Origin: an uncultured Gemmatimonadales bacterium
GTDB lineage: Bacteria; Gemmatimonadota; Gemmatimonadetes; Gemmatimonadales; GWC2-71-9
Length of the DNA stretch: 64,000 nucleotides
Direction: 5' to 3'
Assembly: GCA_963739455.1 (NCBI GenBank)
Contig: CAVUAK010000003.1
Span: 40,930 to 104,929, forward strand
Both the position numbers and the translations under genes were made by a program. Below the pieces are notes generated by a model, which saw only the letters and a list, made by a program, of their open reading frames with translations, made no database searches and was not told where the DNA came from. Below, piece after piece: positions 32,961-42,117 of this stretch (positions are counted from its first letter, which is position 1; each line of letters starts with the position of its first letter).

Positions 32961-33071
32961 ATGGCCGCCAAGAAGAGCTCAAAGGTGAAGGATCTTCCGC
33001 GCAAGTCCGTCTCGTCGAAGAAGGCCTCGAACATCAAGGGTGGCGCGAAGGGTCTCAAGCCGAAGGCGTGA
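32961..33071 (+). CDS. double-glycine-leader precursor peptide 2 (36 aa)
   Basis: MAAKKSSKVKDLPRKSVSSKKASNIKGG|AKGLKPKA. GGAG RBS. The leader matches peptide 1 at 26 of 28 positions (AN/SN and V/I differ), while the core is unrelated. Below the ORF-track length cut-off. Confidence 0.75.
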   Translation: MAAKKSSKVKDLPRKSVSSKKASNIKGGAKGLKPKA

Positions 33072-33136
33072 GCAGCAGGCAATGATTGCTACGGGCTCGT
33101 TCACTGATTCCGTCAACGTTCTCAGGAGTGTTTCCA

Positions 33137-33235
33137 ATGGCTAAGAAGAATGCGCCCGTGCGCGACCTGCCCGAGAAGAAGCTCCCCGCCGGCAAGGCCG
33201 ATCAGATCAAGGGTGGACGCAAGGCCCGCGACTGA
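33137..33235 (+). CDS. double-glycine-leader precursor peptide 3 (32 aa)
   Basis: MAKKNAPVRDLPEKKLPAGKADQIKGG|RKARD. AGGAG RBS. DLP at -18..-16 and hydrophobic residues at -12/-4 are in the same register as peptides 1-2. No own -24/-12 promoter, so probably co-transcribed with peptide 2. Confidence 0.65.
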   Translation: MAKKNAPVRDLPEKKLPAGKADQIKGGRKARD

Positions 33236-33251
33236 ACTGAACCGCTTCGTG

Positions 33252-33276
33252 ACCCGCTGGTCGTTTCACAGCGGGT
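33252..33276 (+). terminator. stem-loop after peptide gene 3
   Basis: ACCCGCTG-gtcgtttca-CAGCGGGT shares the CCCGCTG/CAGCGGG arms with the hairpin after peptide 1. A second small hairpin GGGCT-gtcagg-AGCCC lies at 33280-33295. Confidence 0.45.
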
Positions 33277-33333
33277 TACGGGCTGTCAGGAGCCCGCAGT
33301 CAGAGAAGTGAACCGTTCAACCACACGTGGAGT

Positions 33334-33486
33334 ATGGCCCAGAAGAAGCGCCGGAAGCCCGAGGAAAAGGCTCGCAAGAATGAGGTGGTCCTGCTCAAGG
33401 ACCTGGCGCCGCGCACGGACGTGAAGGGCGGTGCAAAGCTGCGCTTCGGTGAGGCACCCTCCTCGACCGGCAAGGGGAAGGACTAG
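33334..33486 (+). CDS. double-glycine-leader precursor peptide 4 (50 aa, divergent)
   Basis: MAQKKRRKPEEKARKNEVVLLKDLAPRTDVKGG|AKLRFGEAPSSTGKGKD retains the KDL(A/P) and VKGG motifs. The GGAG is only 1 nt from the ATG, so the start is less secure. Confidence 0.5.
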   Translation: MAQKKRRKPEEKARKNEVVLLKDLAPRTDVKGGAKLRFGEAPSSTGKGKD

Positions 33487-33497
33487 GCGGCAGAAAC

Positions 33498-33527
33498 CTC
33501 CCCGCCCTCCCCGCCCTCCCCGCCTTG
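33498..33527. repeat. C-rich nonamer array (CCTCCCCGC x3) ending in CTTG
   Basis: cctccccgc cctccccgc cctccccgc cttg, immediately after the peptide 4 stop. Inverted partner at 25640-25677. Confidence 0.85.
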
Positions 33528-33577
33528 TGAGTAACTTCAAGCCAGACCAACAAGCTCCCTTTCGTCGGATCAAGTAC

Positions 33578-34486
33578 ATGGCCACCCCGTCAACTGCTCC
33601 CGCGCCCTCCAGGAATGCGCCCCGCGCGGGCCAGACCACCATCTGGCTCGACGGCGAATGGCACACCCGCGATACGGCCAAGGTCTCGGTCTTCGATCAC
33701 GGCCTGCTCTATGGCGACGGCGTCTTTGAGGGGATCCGCGTCTACGGCGGCAAGATCTTCCGGCTTGAGGAGCACATCGACCGGCTCTATGACTCGGCCC
33801 AGGCTATCTGGCTCACCGTCCCGATGCCGAAGGCCGAGATGATCGCCGTCACCGAAGAGGCCGTGCGCCGCTCCGGGATCACCGAGGCCTACATCCGCCA
33901 CATCGTAACCCGCGGTGTCGGCGACCTCGGCCTGAGCCCGAAAAATTGCCCGCGCGCCACGGTCATCATCATCGTCGACACCATCGCGCTTTGGCCTGCG
34001 GCCACGTACGACACGGGGCTTCGCGTCATCACCGCCGGCACCCCGATCCCGCATCGCGAGGCGCTGTCGCCGCGCGTGAAGTCGCTCAACTACCTGCCGC
34101 ACATCATGGCCAAGAGCGAGGGCATCGTCGCCGGCATGGATGACGTGCTCATGCTCGACAGCGCCGGCTTCGTGGCTGAGGCGTCTGGCTGCAACATCTT
34201 CGTGGTGAAGGGGAAGTCCATTCGCACCCCGCCGGCGTTCGCCGGGATCCTCAAGGGGGTCACGCGCGACCTGGTCATCGACCTCGCGCGCGAGGCCGGC
34301 TACACCATGAGCGAGGAACAGCTCAACCGCTACGACATCTACACCGCGGACGAGGTCTTCTTCACCGGCACCGCGGCCGAGGTGGTCGGCATCCGCGAGG
34401 TCGATGGCCGCCGCATCGGCGCCGGCAAGCCCGGCCCCGTGACGCACGACATTGCTGCCCGCTTCCGGGCCCTCACCCGCGGCTGA
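33578..34486 (+). CDS. ilvE: branched-chain amino acid aminotransferase (class IV)
   Basis: ATG 33578: VFDHGLLYGDGVFEGIRVY, RHIVTRGVGDLGL, SLNYLPHIMAKSEG (PLP lysine region), FFTGTAAEV. Confidence 0.9.
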   Translation: MATPSTAPAPSRNAPRAGQTTIWLDGEWHTRDTAKVSVFDHGLLYGDGVFEGIRVYGGKIFRLEEHIDRLYDSAQAIWLTVPMPKAEMIAVTEEAVRRSGITEAYIRHIVTRGVGDLGLSPKNCPRATVIIIVDTIALWPAATYDTGLRVITAGTPIPHREALSPRVKSLNYLPHIMAKSEGIVAGMDDVLMLDSAGFVAEASGCNIFVVKGKSIRTPPAFAGILKGVTRDLVIDLAREAGYTMSEEQLNRYDIYTADEVFFTGTAAEVVGIREVDGRRIGAGKPGPVTHDIAARFRALTRG

Positions 34487-35088
34487 CAGGACCGGGTCCC
34501 GCTCGGTCGCGGTGCTGCTCGACGCACCGCGGCCGGAGTTTGTGCCACGCGGCCTCGCCCTGGCCGTCGGTGAGAAGTACGCTGTCCGTCTCCTCCGGGT
34601 CATCGCCCGCCGCACCATCGAGAGCATAGAGTCGCTGGGATGGGAACCGGTCGTCTGGTTTGCGCCGGCTGAGGCCCTTCCCGAGATGCGGCGCTGGCTC
34701 GGCGACACCATCGCGCTCTATCCCCGTCCGTCAGGTGACATGGGAAGTACCCTCGCCACCATCGCCCAGCAGGCGGCTCCCGAGGGCGGGTGGCTCGCGG
34801 TGCGGCCCGCCGGTGCCGGGATCACGGTCGAGCTCCTCGAACGGGCGCAGCAGGCGGTCGACGACGGTGGCCTCGTGTTCGGCGCCACCACGCGTGAGGA
34901 TGTCTACCTCCTCGGTGGACCTGCTGCGTATGGCGACTTCGTGCGCGACCTGCCTTGGGGCGAGCCCGATCTCGCACCTGCCATTCGCAGCTCGCCTTCG
35001 AGACATGGGCTCCGGCTGGGCCGAGTTGCCCCGGCTGGTTGAAGTGGCGAATGAGGACGACCTCCGTGCCGCCGGACTCTTGACCTGA
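34452..35088 (+). pseudogene. DUF2064-family (glycosyltransferase-like) protein, one extra nucleotide near the 3' end
   Basis: ORFs 34452-35042 and 34660-35088 join as ...LPWGEPDLAPAIRS|RLRDMGSGWAELPRLVEVANEDDL after removing T at ~34992. The start is uncertain. Confidence 0.65.
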
Positions 35089-35142
35089 TCTCGGCCGCGA
35101 ACGCACTTTCCCCGACCTGACTGGACCAGACCTGGGGGGTAC

Positions 35143-35382
35143 ATGGCGTGGCGTGTGGTGGAGTACGCGGAGCGGCAGTGGAGCGTCTCGGTGGCCGCGG
35201 AACGGCGGGCCAATTCGCAGCGCTGGAACCTCGTGCTCGCCTTTCGGGCCCGCGATGGTGACAAGCGCCTGCTCTGGACCGAATACCCCATGGCCTCCAC
35301 GTCACGCTCCTCGCTGCTCCAGCAGGCGGAGCGCATTCCGGACGCCAAGCTCGCTGAACTTCTCGCCTCCCAACTCCGGTAA
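35143..35382 (+). CDS. hypothetical small protein
   Basis: 79-aa ORF with high GC3. No family recognised. Confidence 0.4.
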   Translation: MAWRVVEYAERQWSVSVAAERRANSQRWNLVLAFRARDGDKRLLWTEYPMASTSRSSLLQQAERIPDAKLAELLASQLR

Positions 35383-35442
35383 TCCCTCCATGGCATCGAT
35401 TTCGCTTGATGGCCTCCCGCAGGAAGTCCGTTTCGAGAACGC

Positions 35443-35886
35443 TTGATGCCGAGGACCGACGCGGAACCGATGTCGCCACCAGCCCCACATGATCGTCTTC
35501 GCTTTGCCGAGTTTTCACTCGAGCGGCTGCCCAATGGGCGGTGCCGCTCCCGCGTGCTGCTCACCTGGCTGGAGACCGAGCGCTTCACCGGTGAGTCCGA
35601 GGGCCTTGCGTCCCAGGCCGGTGAGCTCCGCTGCGCCGCCCAGGCCTGTGTCAACGCGCTCACCCAGGCAGTGCAGGACGGCATGGGCTTCGACCTTCTC
35701 GGCGTGAAGGCCGTCCGGGCCTTCGACGCCAATGTGGTCATCGTCTCACTCGCGCTCCGCGGAGAGGGCAGGGGACAGCGGGTCGTCGGCAGCTTCCTGT
35801 CGGACACTGACGCCCCCCGCGGTGCTGCCCTCGCCGTCCTGAACGCCACCAACCGGGTGCTCGGCAACAAGTTCTTCATGCGGTAG
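35443..35886 (+). CDS. hypothetical protein
   Basis: 147-aa ORF with high GC3. C-terminal LLGVKAVRAFDANVVIVSL...AALAVLNATNRVLG looks like a conserved fold, but I cannot name it. Confidence 0.5.
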   Translation: MMPRTDAEPMSPPAPHDRLRFAEFSLERLPNGRCRSRVLLTWLETERFTGESEGLASQAGELRCAAQACVNALTQAVQDGMGFDLLGVKAVRAFDANVVIVSLALRGEGRGQRVVGSFLSDTDAPRGAALAVLNATNRVLGNKFFMR

Positions 35887-35914
35887 TCTCTGGCCCTTTG
35901 CCACACTGGGCATG

Positions 35915-35990
35915 CTTCGTCCGCGTTTGGTTCCTCCGCCCCTGGTTCCTCCGCGGTTGCAGTTCCCCGTCACGCAGTCGCGGTTCCGAG
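35915..35990. repeat. degenerate tandem repeat of the GTTCCTCC(G/T)C... family
   Basis: cttcgtccgcgtttg / gttcctccgcccctg / gttcctccgcggttgca / gttccccgtcacgcagtcgcg / gttccgag. Confidence 0.75.
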
Positions 35991-36091
35991 TTGTCACAAC
36001 CCCATACGCCCCAACGTGATCCTGTCTGTATGGCACGGTTGTCGCTAGATTATTTGCCGGTCTGCATACGTAGGTTCCACAGGAGGTCTTG

Positions 36092-37872
36092 ATGCGTCGC
36101 CAAACACTGATCCTGCTGCTGGCGGGGGCGGTCGGCTGTGCCGGGAAGGCCACGGTACAACCCACGGCCCAGCCGTCGACGCAGGTCTCTGCTGCGACGC
36201 CCGGCAAGGTTCCGGTCAGTCCGGCTCCCGCCCCCGCCTCGATCGGCCCCCTCGACAGCAGCCAGGTTTCCAGCATCGCCCACAGACGTCAGCCTCTCGG
36301 CCGACTCCGCCGCCGACGAGGCGGTGCTCGACCAGCTGGCGGTGGCCCAGCCGGTCGACGTCGCCACCGATGACGAACTGCCCCCGGTTCCCGTCTCCTG
36401 GGACATCGACGTCACCACCTGGGGCGATCACGAGCGGGTCCAGTTCTACCTGAGCCTTCTTCGAGGAGCAGGCGCATCCCCGCTTCCAGATCTGGATCGA
36501 GCGGATGCCGGTGTACGAGCCGATGATCCGCCAGAAGCTCCAGGCGGCCAACATGCCGACCGACCTGGTGTACCTGGCCCTCATCGAGAGCGGTTTCTCC
36601 AACTCCGCCATCAGCCGCACCCGCGCCGTCGGCATGTGGCAGTTCATGCCCCGCACCGGCAAGGAGTACGGCCTCCGCATCGACAGCTGGGTGGATGAAC
36701 GGCGCGACCCGGTGAAGGCCACCGACGCCGCCCTCGAGTTCCTTTCCGATCTCTATCAGCGCTTTGGTTCCTACTACCTCGCCGCGGCGGCGTACAACGC
36801 CGGCGGCGGCAAGATCTCGCGCGGGCTCAAGAAGGTCGGCGCGAAGCCCACCGTCAGCCAGGCCTCGTCGACGGCACCGGTGGACGGCGAGGAAGCGCTC
36901 ACGGAGGACGAGGACGAGGGCTTCTCCGACGCCGACTTCTTCAAGCTCTACGACACGAAGCACATCCGGCGTGAGACCAAGGACTACGTCCCCAAGCTCA
37001 TCGCAGCGGCACGCATCGCGAAGGAGCCGCAGCGCTACGGCTTCCAGCCGGCGCCCCCCACCAGCCAGTTCCCGCTCGATTCGCTCATCGTGAGCGGCAT
37101 GACCGGGCTCGATGTGGTCGCCCAGCTGGCCGACACGTCGCTGGAGCACATCCGCGATCTCAACCCGCAGTTCCTCCGCTACGCCACGCCGCCCGGCACC
37201 ACGTCGATCGTGCGCGTGCCGCATGGCCGCCAGGCGTCGACCCAGGCTGCATACGACGTGCTGCCCGCGGCTGAGCGCGTCACCTTCGCCTACTACACTG
37301 CGAAGAAGGGTGACACCCCCGCCAAGGTCGCCCAGCACTACGGCGTGCCGGTGGGCGTGTTGTATGAGGCGAACCCGTGGATGCGCTCCGGCAGCGCGGT
37401 GAAGGCCGGCCGGCAGGTGGTGGTGCCCACGGGTGGCAGCGCCAGCGTGGTCGTGGCGCGGCAGGTGTCGACGGTGCATGAGTCCCCCGACCGGGGCAGC
37501 AGCCGCGGCGGCTACCACACCGTCCGGAAGGGCGAGACCCTGGGCGGCATTGCCAGGAGCTACCACATGAGCACCGCGCAGCTCAAGTCCATGAATGGCA
37601 TGCAGGGCAACACCATTCGTGTCGGCCAGAAGCTTCGCGTCTCCGGCAGCGCCAAGCGTCCCCCGGCGCAGGTTGCCTCCCGCGACCATGCCAAGGGTGG
37701 CGGCGCGGCCAGCGGTGGCAGCTCCACCGTCAAGTACAAGGTCCGGAGCGGCGACACGCTGACGGGCATCGCGAAGCAGCACGGCGTCACCGTCGCCTCC
37801 ATCAAGCAGGTCAACAATCTCAGCGGTGGGCTCAAGGCCGGCACGACGATAAGGATTCCGAAGAAGGCGTAG
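36092..37872 (+). pseudogene. membrane-bound lytic murein transglycosylase (MltD-like: SLT domain plus 3 LysM), two extra nucleotides
   Basis: AGGAGG RBS then ATG 36092, lipobox LLAGAVGC. Pieces 36089-36373, 36138-36698 and 36505-37872 join near ~36275 (position ambiguous in low-complexity region) and at 36456 (VQFYLS|FFEEQAHPRFQIWIERM). SLT motif LIESGFS...GMWQF. LysM repeats YTAKKGDTPAKVA, HTVRKGETLGGIA, YKVRSGDTLTGIA. Confidence 0.85.
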
Positions 37873-37875
37873 GGA

Positions 37876-37972
37876 CATGGCGGGGAGGGCGGGGAAGACG
37901 CGAGGAAAACAAGCGGCGGCCGGGATTCTCCCCGACCGCCGCTCCGTATTCCTCCCCGCCCTCCCCGCCCTT
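37876..37972. repeat. nested inverted repeats built from G-rich/C-rich nonamer arrays (bidirectional terminator candidate)
   Basis: GGCGGGGAGGGCGGGGAAG (37879-37897) pairs with TTCCTCCCCGCCCTCCCCGCC (~37950-37970). An inner hairpin AGCGGCGG...CCGCCGCT lies between them. Sits between convergent genes. Confidence 0.7.
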
Positions 37973-38684
37973 ACGTCCCCAGCTCCTTCGCGCGCTGCTG
38001 CATGGCGGGAGTGACTCGCTTCGGTTGATACCCCCTCAGCACCGCGTTCTCATACCCGTTCGACGGATCGCCACCCTCGGCCACGATCTGGTTCACCCGG
38101 CCCGGGCCACGGTTGTACGCCAGCAGTGCCAGCTCATAGTCGTGCCGGTACTGCTTCAACAGGTCGTTCAGGAACCGGAACCCGATGCGCAGGTTCACGT
38201 CCCGCTCATACAGTGCCTTCTCGTCCAGCGCGCTGTTGTAGAACTTCGCCGTCGCCAGCTGCACCTGGGTGAAGCCGATGGCGTTCATGTTGCTCCGCGC
38301 CGCCGGCTTGAAGTTGCTCTCCACCTTCACCAGGCGGAACGCCAGCTGCGGGTCGATCCCTTCCTGCAGCGCGATATCGTAGATCGCCGAGGCCAGGTCG
38401 GCCGGGATCTGGTAGCGCGCCGAGTAGCCGAGAATGGCTTCAGCGCGATCGAGCTTGAGCGTAAGCAGGGCCGCGGTGCCGTCGAACGACGGTGCCGTCG
38501 TGGCCGCTGCGGGAACAATCGTCGTCACCGCGGAATCGGGTGACGGCGGCGCCACCTCAATCTGCGACCGGCGTGACCAACCGCTGATGGCGCTGATGAG
38601 GAGTGCACCGGCCAGCAGCGCACCTGCGCGTGCAAGCGGTCCTTTGCGCCAATTCGGGCGCGGCAGGCTGGTCGGGAACTTCAT
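37971..38684 (-). CDS. lytic transglycosylase domain (SLT) protein
   Basis: 237-aa ORF with N-terminal membrane anchor. LVKVESNFKPAARSNMNAIGFTQV catalytic region; AYNRGPGRV. Confidence 0.85.
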   Translation of the reverse strand: MKFPTSLPRPNWRKGPLARAGALLAGALLISAISGWSRRSQIEVAPPSPDSAVTTIVPAAATTAPSFDGTAALLTLKLDRAEAILGYSARYQIPADLASAIYDIALQEGIDPQLAFRLVKVESNFKPAARSNMNAIGFTQVQLATAKFYNSALDEKALYERDVNLRIGFRFLNDLLKQYRHDYELALLAYNRGPGRVNQIVAEGGDPSNGYENAVLRGYQPKRVTPAMQQRAKELGT

Positions 38685-38723
38685 GTCATACCTCCTTGCT
38701 GTCGTTGAACGGCAGCGGACTGG

Positions 38724-39221
38724 TCAGGGCCCCTCGCGGTGCCAATCGCCCCGGGTTCCCCCGGTCTTGCTGACCAGCCGGATCTCGTCGATGACCATGC
38801 TCCGGTCGACCGACTTGACCATGTCATAGACGGTAAGGCACGCCACCGAGACCGCCGTGAGCGCCTCCATCTCGACACCGGTGCGGCCGGTGAGGCTGGC
38901 GGAGGCAGTAATGCGCACCCCCGGCAGTGACTCATCCAGCCGCGCCTCGACCGTGACCACATCCAGCGCCAGTGGATGGCAGAGGGGGATCAACTCCCCG
39001 GTCTTCTTCGCTGCCATCACCCCAGCCAACTCGGCCACGGCAAGTACATCACCCTTCTCAACGGCCCGCTCCAAGACGAGCCGGAATGCATCTGCTGACA
39101 TCTGTACCGCACCCTCAGCCACTGCGGTGCGCTGCGAGGATGGCTTGCCGCCAACATCTACCATCCGTGCCCGCCCCTCATCGTCCAGGTGCGTTAGCGC
39201 CGAATCATTCTGTCGACTCAC
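38724..39221 (-). CDS. moaC: cyclic pyranopterin monophosphate synthase
   Basis: GTG start at 39221: [63 protein letters not shown]. Confidence 0.9.
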   Translation of the reverse strand: MSRQNDSALTHLDDEGRARMVDVGGKPSSQRTAVAEGAVQMSADAFRLVLERAVEKGDVLAVAELAGVMAAKKTGELIPLCHPLALDVVTVEARLDESLPGVRITASASLTGRTGVEMEALTAVSVACLTVYDMVKSVDRSMVIDEIRLVSKTGGTRGDWHREGP

Positions 39222-39253
39222 TGACGACTCACGACTGACGACTCACGACTCCC
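39215..39253. repeat. tandem heptamer array (GACTSAC x ~5) lying inside the corrected 3' end of holB and over the moaC start
   Basis: gactcac tgac gactcac gactgac gactcac gactccc. Confidence 0.8.
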
Positions 39254-40337
39254 AAGGCACATCGCCAGGTCCTCAGCAAGCACCGCCACCAGCAGCTGCG
39301 GATTCACGTTGCCCTGTGCCGCCTCCTTCGCTGCCGCCACATGTCGCTGCGCCTCGAGCAATCGCGACACCGGTCGCGGGGTCCTGAGCGCGGCGAGGCA
39401 GTGCGCGGCGCGGCGTCATGCCGCTGGCGGCGCGTGCGGCATCGCCCAATGACTGCTCCAGCGCATCGAGCATCGCGCTGAATTCTCCGCGGGCCGACCA
39501 GGTTCCCTGCTTCAGCACTCGCTCGGCCCGCGACACCGAACCTTGAAGTGCCACGTCCACCAGGTCGGCCGCTGCGGCATGCGCCTTGGCGCCCGCATCA
39601 CTCGCGCTGATCGCAGCGCCGATCGACCCCTCGGCGGTGCGCACCCGCTCCTCCAGCGCCGCCGGTGACAGGGCCGGCTTCAACTCCGCCTCGAGGAACG
39701 CCCGCACCTCCGCATCCGTCAGTCGCCCCAGTCGTACCGGCACCACCCGCGAGCGAATGGTCGGCAACAGGCGACCCGCGTCCGTCGCGGTGAGGACGAA
39801 CCAGGTATTCGCCGGCGGCTCCTCCAGCAACTTCAGGAGCGCGTTGGCGGCTTCCTGACTCGACTCCTGCGGCACCAGCCGCTCCGCATGCCCGATGATG
39901 AAGACCGTCGGGCCACCCTCGACTGACTTGAGCGCCGCCCGCCGCTGGATCAGGCGAACGGTGGCGAGCGGGTGACTCGCCATCCCATCGAGCGCACCAT
40001 ACAGCGGGCTCTTCCGCCGTTCGGCGATGATCTCGCCAATCAGTTCGGCCGCCTCATCCACCTGCTTGTCGGCATCGGTGGCCTTGGGCCTGAGGATCGG
40101 CACGATCCAGTGCAAGTCCGCATGTCCCAGATCCGTTACCAGGCGACATCCTCTACACTTGCCACATGGCCCCTGCTGCTCGCACAGCAACAGTTGGCCG
40201 AGCCACAGGGCGAGTCGCTGCCTGCCTACACCCTCAGTGCCCTCGAACAGGAGCACCTGGGGCATCCGTCCGCCCCGTACAGCATCCCCAAGCCGTTGCC
40301 GGACTGCCTTATGACCAATCAGGGGTGCCAGAGCCAT
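39218..40337 (-). pseudogene. holB: DNA polymerase III subunit delta', one extra nucleotide
   Basis: N-terminal HKAVRQRLGDAVRGGRMPQVLLFEGTEGVGRQRLALWLGQLLLC, zinc module CGKCRGC, SRV motif LPTIRSRV. Removing 1 nt near ~39413 replaces the nonsense tail with ...LLEAQRHVAAAKEAAQGNVNPQLLVAVLAEDLA. It also gives a TGA at 39220-39218 that overlaps the moaC GTG start (GTGA). Confidence 0.85.
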
Positions 40338-40761
40338 GAAGGAATATCGCTTGTTTCGGGCCAGAACGGAAGGGGCGAGAAATCGCGTAACCCATTGTTT
40401 GTCAACATGTTACAGTGACATTATGGCAAGCTTTGCTTGGAAAAGTCATGGTGCAAAGGTGCATGTTACGATAGTGAATACTCGCATGCTTAGCAGTGGT
40501 CGGAACTGAGTTACCTGAGGCTCAAACCGCTTGTCGGAGAACCATTTGGGAGGGGGGTCAAAATGGCGCAGGTCCAGGCCGACAGACGGCGCATGGAAGC
40601 TCGCCCCGAGTGAACTATGCGAGCAAGCGCTCACATGTGATAAAAGTCACAAAACGGTCGGTCGAATTGTCGCGCTGAAACAGTAAGTGTCGCGACAGCA
40701 CCTCGCGCAAAGGATGCGACCTTGCCCCCCTCTCCTGCGCTACTTAGGATTGGCTCCGCTT

Positions 40762-40834
40762 TCCCGAGTAGCTCAGTTGGTAGAGCAGCTGACTGTTAAT
40801 CAGCGGGTCGCAGGTTCGAGTCCTGCCTCGGGAG
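40762..40834 (+). tRNA. tRNA-Asn (anticodon GTT)
   Basis: Hand-folded cloverleaf. Acceptor TCCCGAG/CTCGGGA, D-arm GCTC..GAGC, anticodon loop CTGTTAA, T-arm GCAGG-TTCGAGT-CCTGC. Confidence 0.9.
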
Positions 40835-40853
40835 CTTCGATCTCGCACACAAC

Positions 40854-40887
40854 AAGAGGCCCGCTTTCGCGGGCCTCTTCGCTTTTC
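40854..40887 (+). terminator. rho-independent terminator after tRNA-Asn
   Basis: AAGAGGCCCGC-tttc-GCGGGCCTCTT followed by cgcTTTTcc. Confidence 0.8.
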
Positions 40888-40907
40888 CTGCAGGTGCTTC
40901 GCCGTCG

Positions 40908-41282
40908 CTACTTGAGCCACAGGTAGAGACCGATCAATCCCATCACCAGTCCACCCACAGCGATTGCGGTTCCCGCACTGTCACCGATAAGCAGGCCGCC
41001 GATGAATGCGGCGCCACCCACGATCGCCAGCACCGGGCCAGTGCCACCCTTCGCGCGTCGCTGATCATTCCAGGTCATCTCCGTCGACGCATCGGCGACA
41101 CTGCTGTATCCCACGGTCAGGCTCGCAATCGTGGGTCCGGCCGTCGGCGCTGCCGGCGCCACCGCCGGAACGACATCGGCGAGTGCTGCATCGGGCGTGG
41201 CCATCTGCGCTGCGAGCGGCGATGCTACTGCACATGCGACGAGCGACAACAACTGCACACGAAGGCTGGAGCGCGTTGGCAT
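40908..41282 (-). CDS. hypothetical secreted/membrane protein with C-terminal glycine-zipper TM
   Basis: Start MPTRSSLRVQLLSLVACAVASPLAAQ (signal peptide). C-terminal GGAAFIGGLLIGDSAGTAIAVGGLVMGLIGLYLWLK. Confidence 0.55.
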   Translation of the reverse strand: MPTRSSLRVQLLSLVACAVASPLAAQMATPDAALADVVPAVAPAAPTAGPTIASLTVGYSSVADASTEMTWNDQRRAKGGTGPVLAIVGGAAFIGGLLIGDSAGTAIAVGGLVMGLIGLYLWLK

Positions 41283-41352
41283 AGGGGTCCGGTGTTTGAT
41301 GTTGAACTGGGGTGCACTCGGTATACCGGCCAGGTCCCCAATCGTCTCGGAA

Positions 41353-41380
41353 CCCTGTTCCCTGTTCCCTGTTCCCTCTT
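41353..41380. repeat. tandem heptamer array (CCCTGTT x3-4)
   Basis: ccctgtt ccctgtt ccctgtt ccctctt. The identical unit recurs at 59305-59335. Confidence 0.85.
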
Positions 41381-41398
41381 CTCCCTCACGTCCGCTTC

Positions 41399-41617
41399 TC
41401 AATCGAATCCGAGCGCGACGATCACCACGCCGAGCAGCGCTACCGCCAGGATCGTTGTCACCGTCACGATCGTCTTGAACAGGAAGCGATACTTCTCCGC
41501 GCGCCGTCGAAGATCGGCGAGTTCCACGGACGAGATCTGCTCCATGGGGACAGGTACCGCGGGCTGGATGATCGCGGGCTCCACCACCGCGATGACGGCA
41601 GGTACGGTTTCGGGCAT
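41399..41617 (-). CDS. small tail-anchored membrane protein
   Basis: 72 aa from MPETVPAVIAVV. C-terminal TM span IVTVTTILAVALLGVVIVALGF. Starts 2 nt after the stop of the upstream GNAT gene. Confidence 0.4.
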   Translation of the reverse strand: MPETVPAVIAVVEPAIIQPAVPVPMEQISSVELADLRRRAEKYRFLFKTIVTVTTILAVALLGVVIVALGFD

Positions 41618-41619
41618 GG

Positions 41620-42117
41620 TCAGAGATCCTTGAGGTAGTGCATCGTCTCCGGCGTGTAGCCGAGGTGCTCGTACAGCCCGCGGGCGCGCTCGTTCTGTGC
41701 CCAGACATTGAGCGAGATGCGGGAGAAGCCCCGGCCCCGGGCCCACGATTCCGCGGCGTCCATCAGCGCGCGCGCCACGCCACGTCCCCGCGCGGCCGGA
41801 TCTACCGCGAGCACCTCGACGTGCGCCAGCGGCTCGTGCGTGAAATAGTCTACCTGCGTTGTCAGGCATGCGACTCCATCGAGGCCGCCCGGCCCGTCGG
41901 CGACGAAAGCGACGGTGCCCGGCGACTCGCCATGAAGCGCCTCGCGAATGATGCCATCGTCGGCTCGCTGGATCTCGCGCGCCGTGCGCCAGGGCGGTAC
42001 CGGAAACGCCGAGAGCTGGTCGGCTAGCGACAGTGCTGCCGCCTCGTCGGCCCGAACCCCACGTCGCACGACCACCACCGCGCGTTCCGTCAAATTGCCC
42101 GTCCCATCCGCACGCAC
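41620..42117 (-). CDS. GNAT family N-acetyltransferase
   Basis: VEVLAVDPAARGRGVARALMDAAESWARGRGF, NERARGLYEHLGY. The start is uncertain (overlaps the upstream GNAT by 28 nt as called). Confidence 0.8.
   Translation of the reverse strand: MRADGTGNLTERAVVVVRRGVRADEAAALSLADQLSAFPVPPWRTAREIQRADDGIIREALHGESPGTVAFVADGPGGLDGVACLTTQVDYFTHEPLAHVEVLAVDPAARGRGVARALMDAAESWARGRGFSRISLNVWAQNERARGLYEHLGYTPETMHYLKDL

Noticed and set aside
33072-33136. GGCAATGATTGC upstream of peptide gene 3, considered as a third sigma-54 promoter
   Set aside because: The GG-to-GC register is 10 nt instead of the required 12 nt. Peptide 3 is more likely co-transcribed with peptide 2, which ends 65 nt upstream.
40338-40761. 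SRP RNA, 6S RNA, RNase P RNA or tmRNA in the AT-richer gap
   Set aside because: I could not find the conserved cores by eye: the SRP domain IV GGAA-type motif context, the RNase P GAGGAAAGTCC motif, or a tmRNA tRNA-like end. It is left as an unassigned candidate only.
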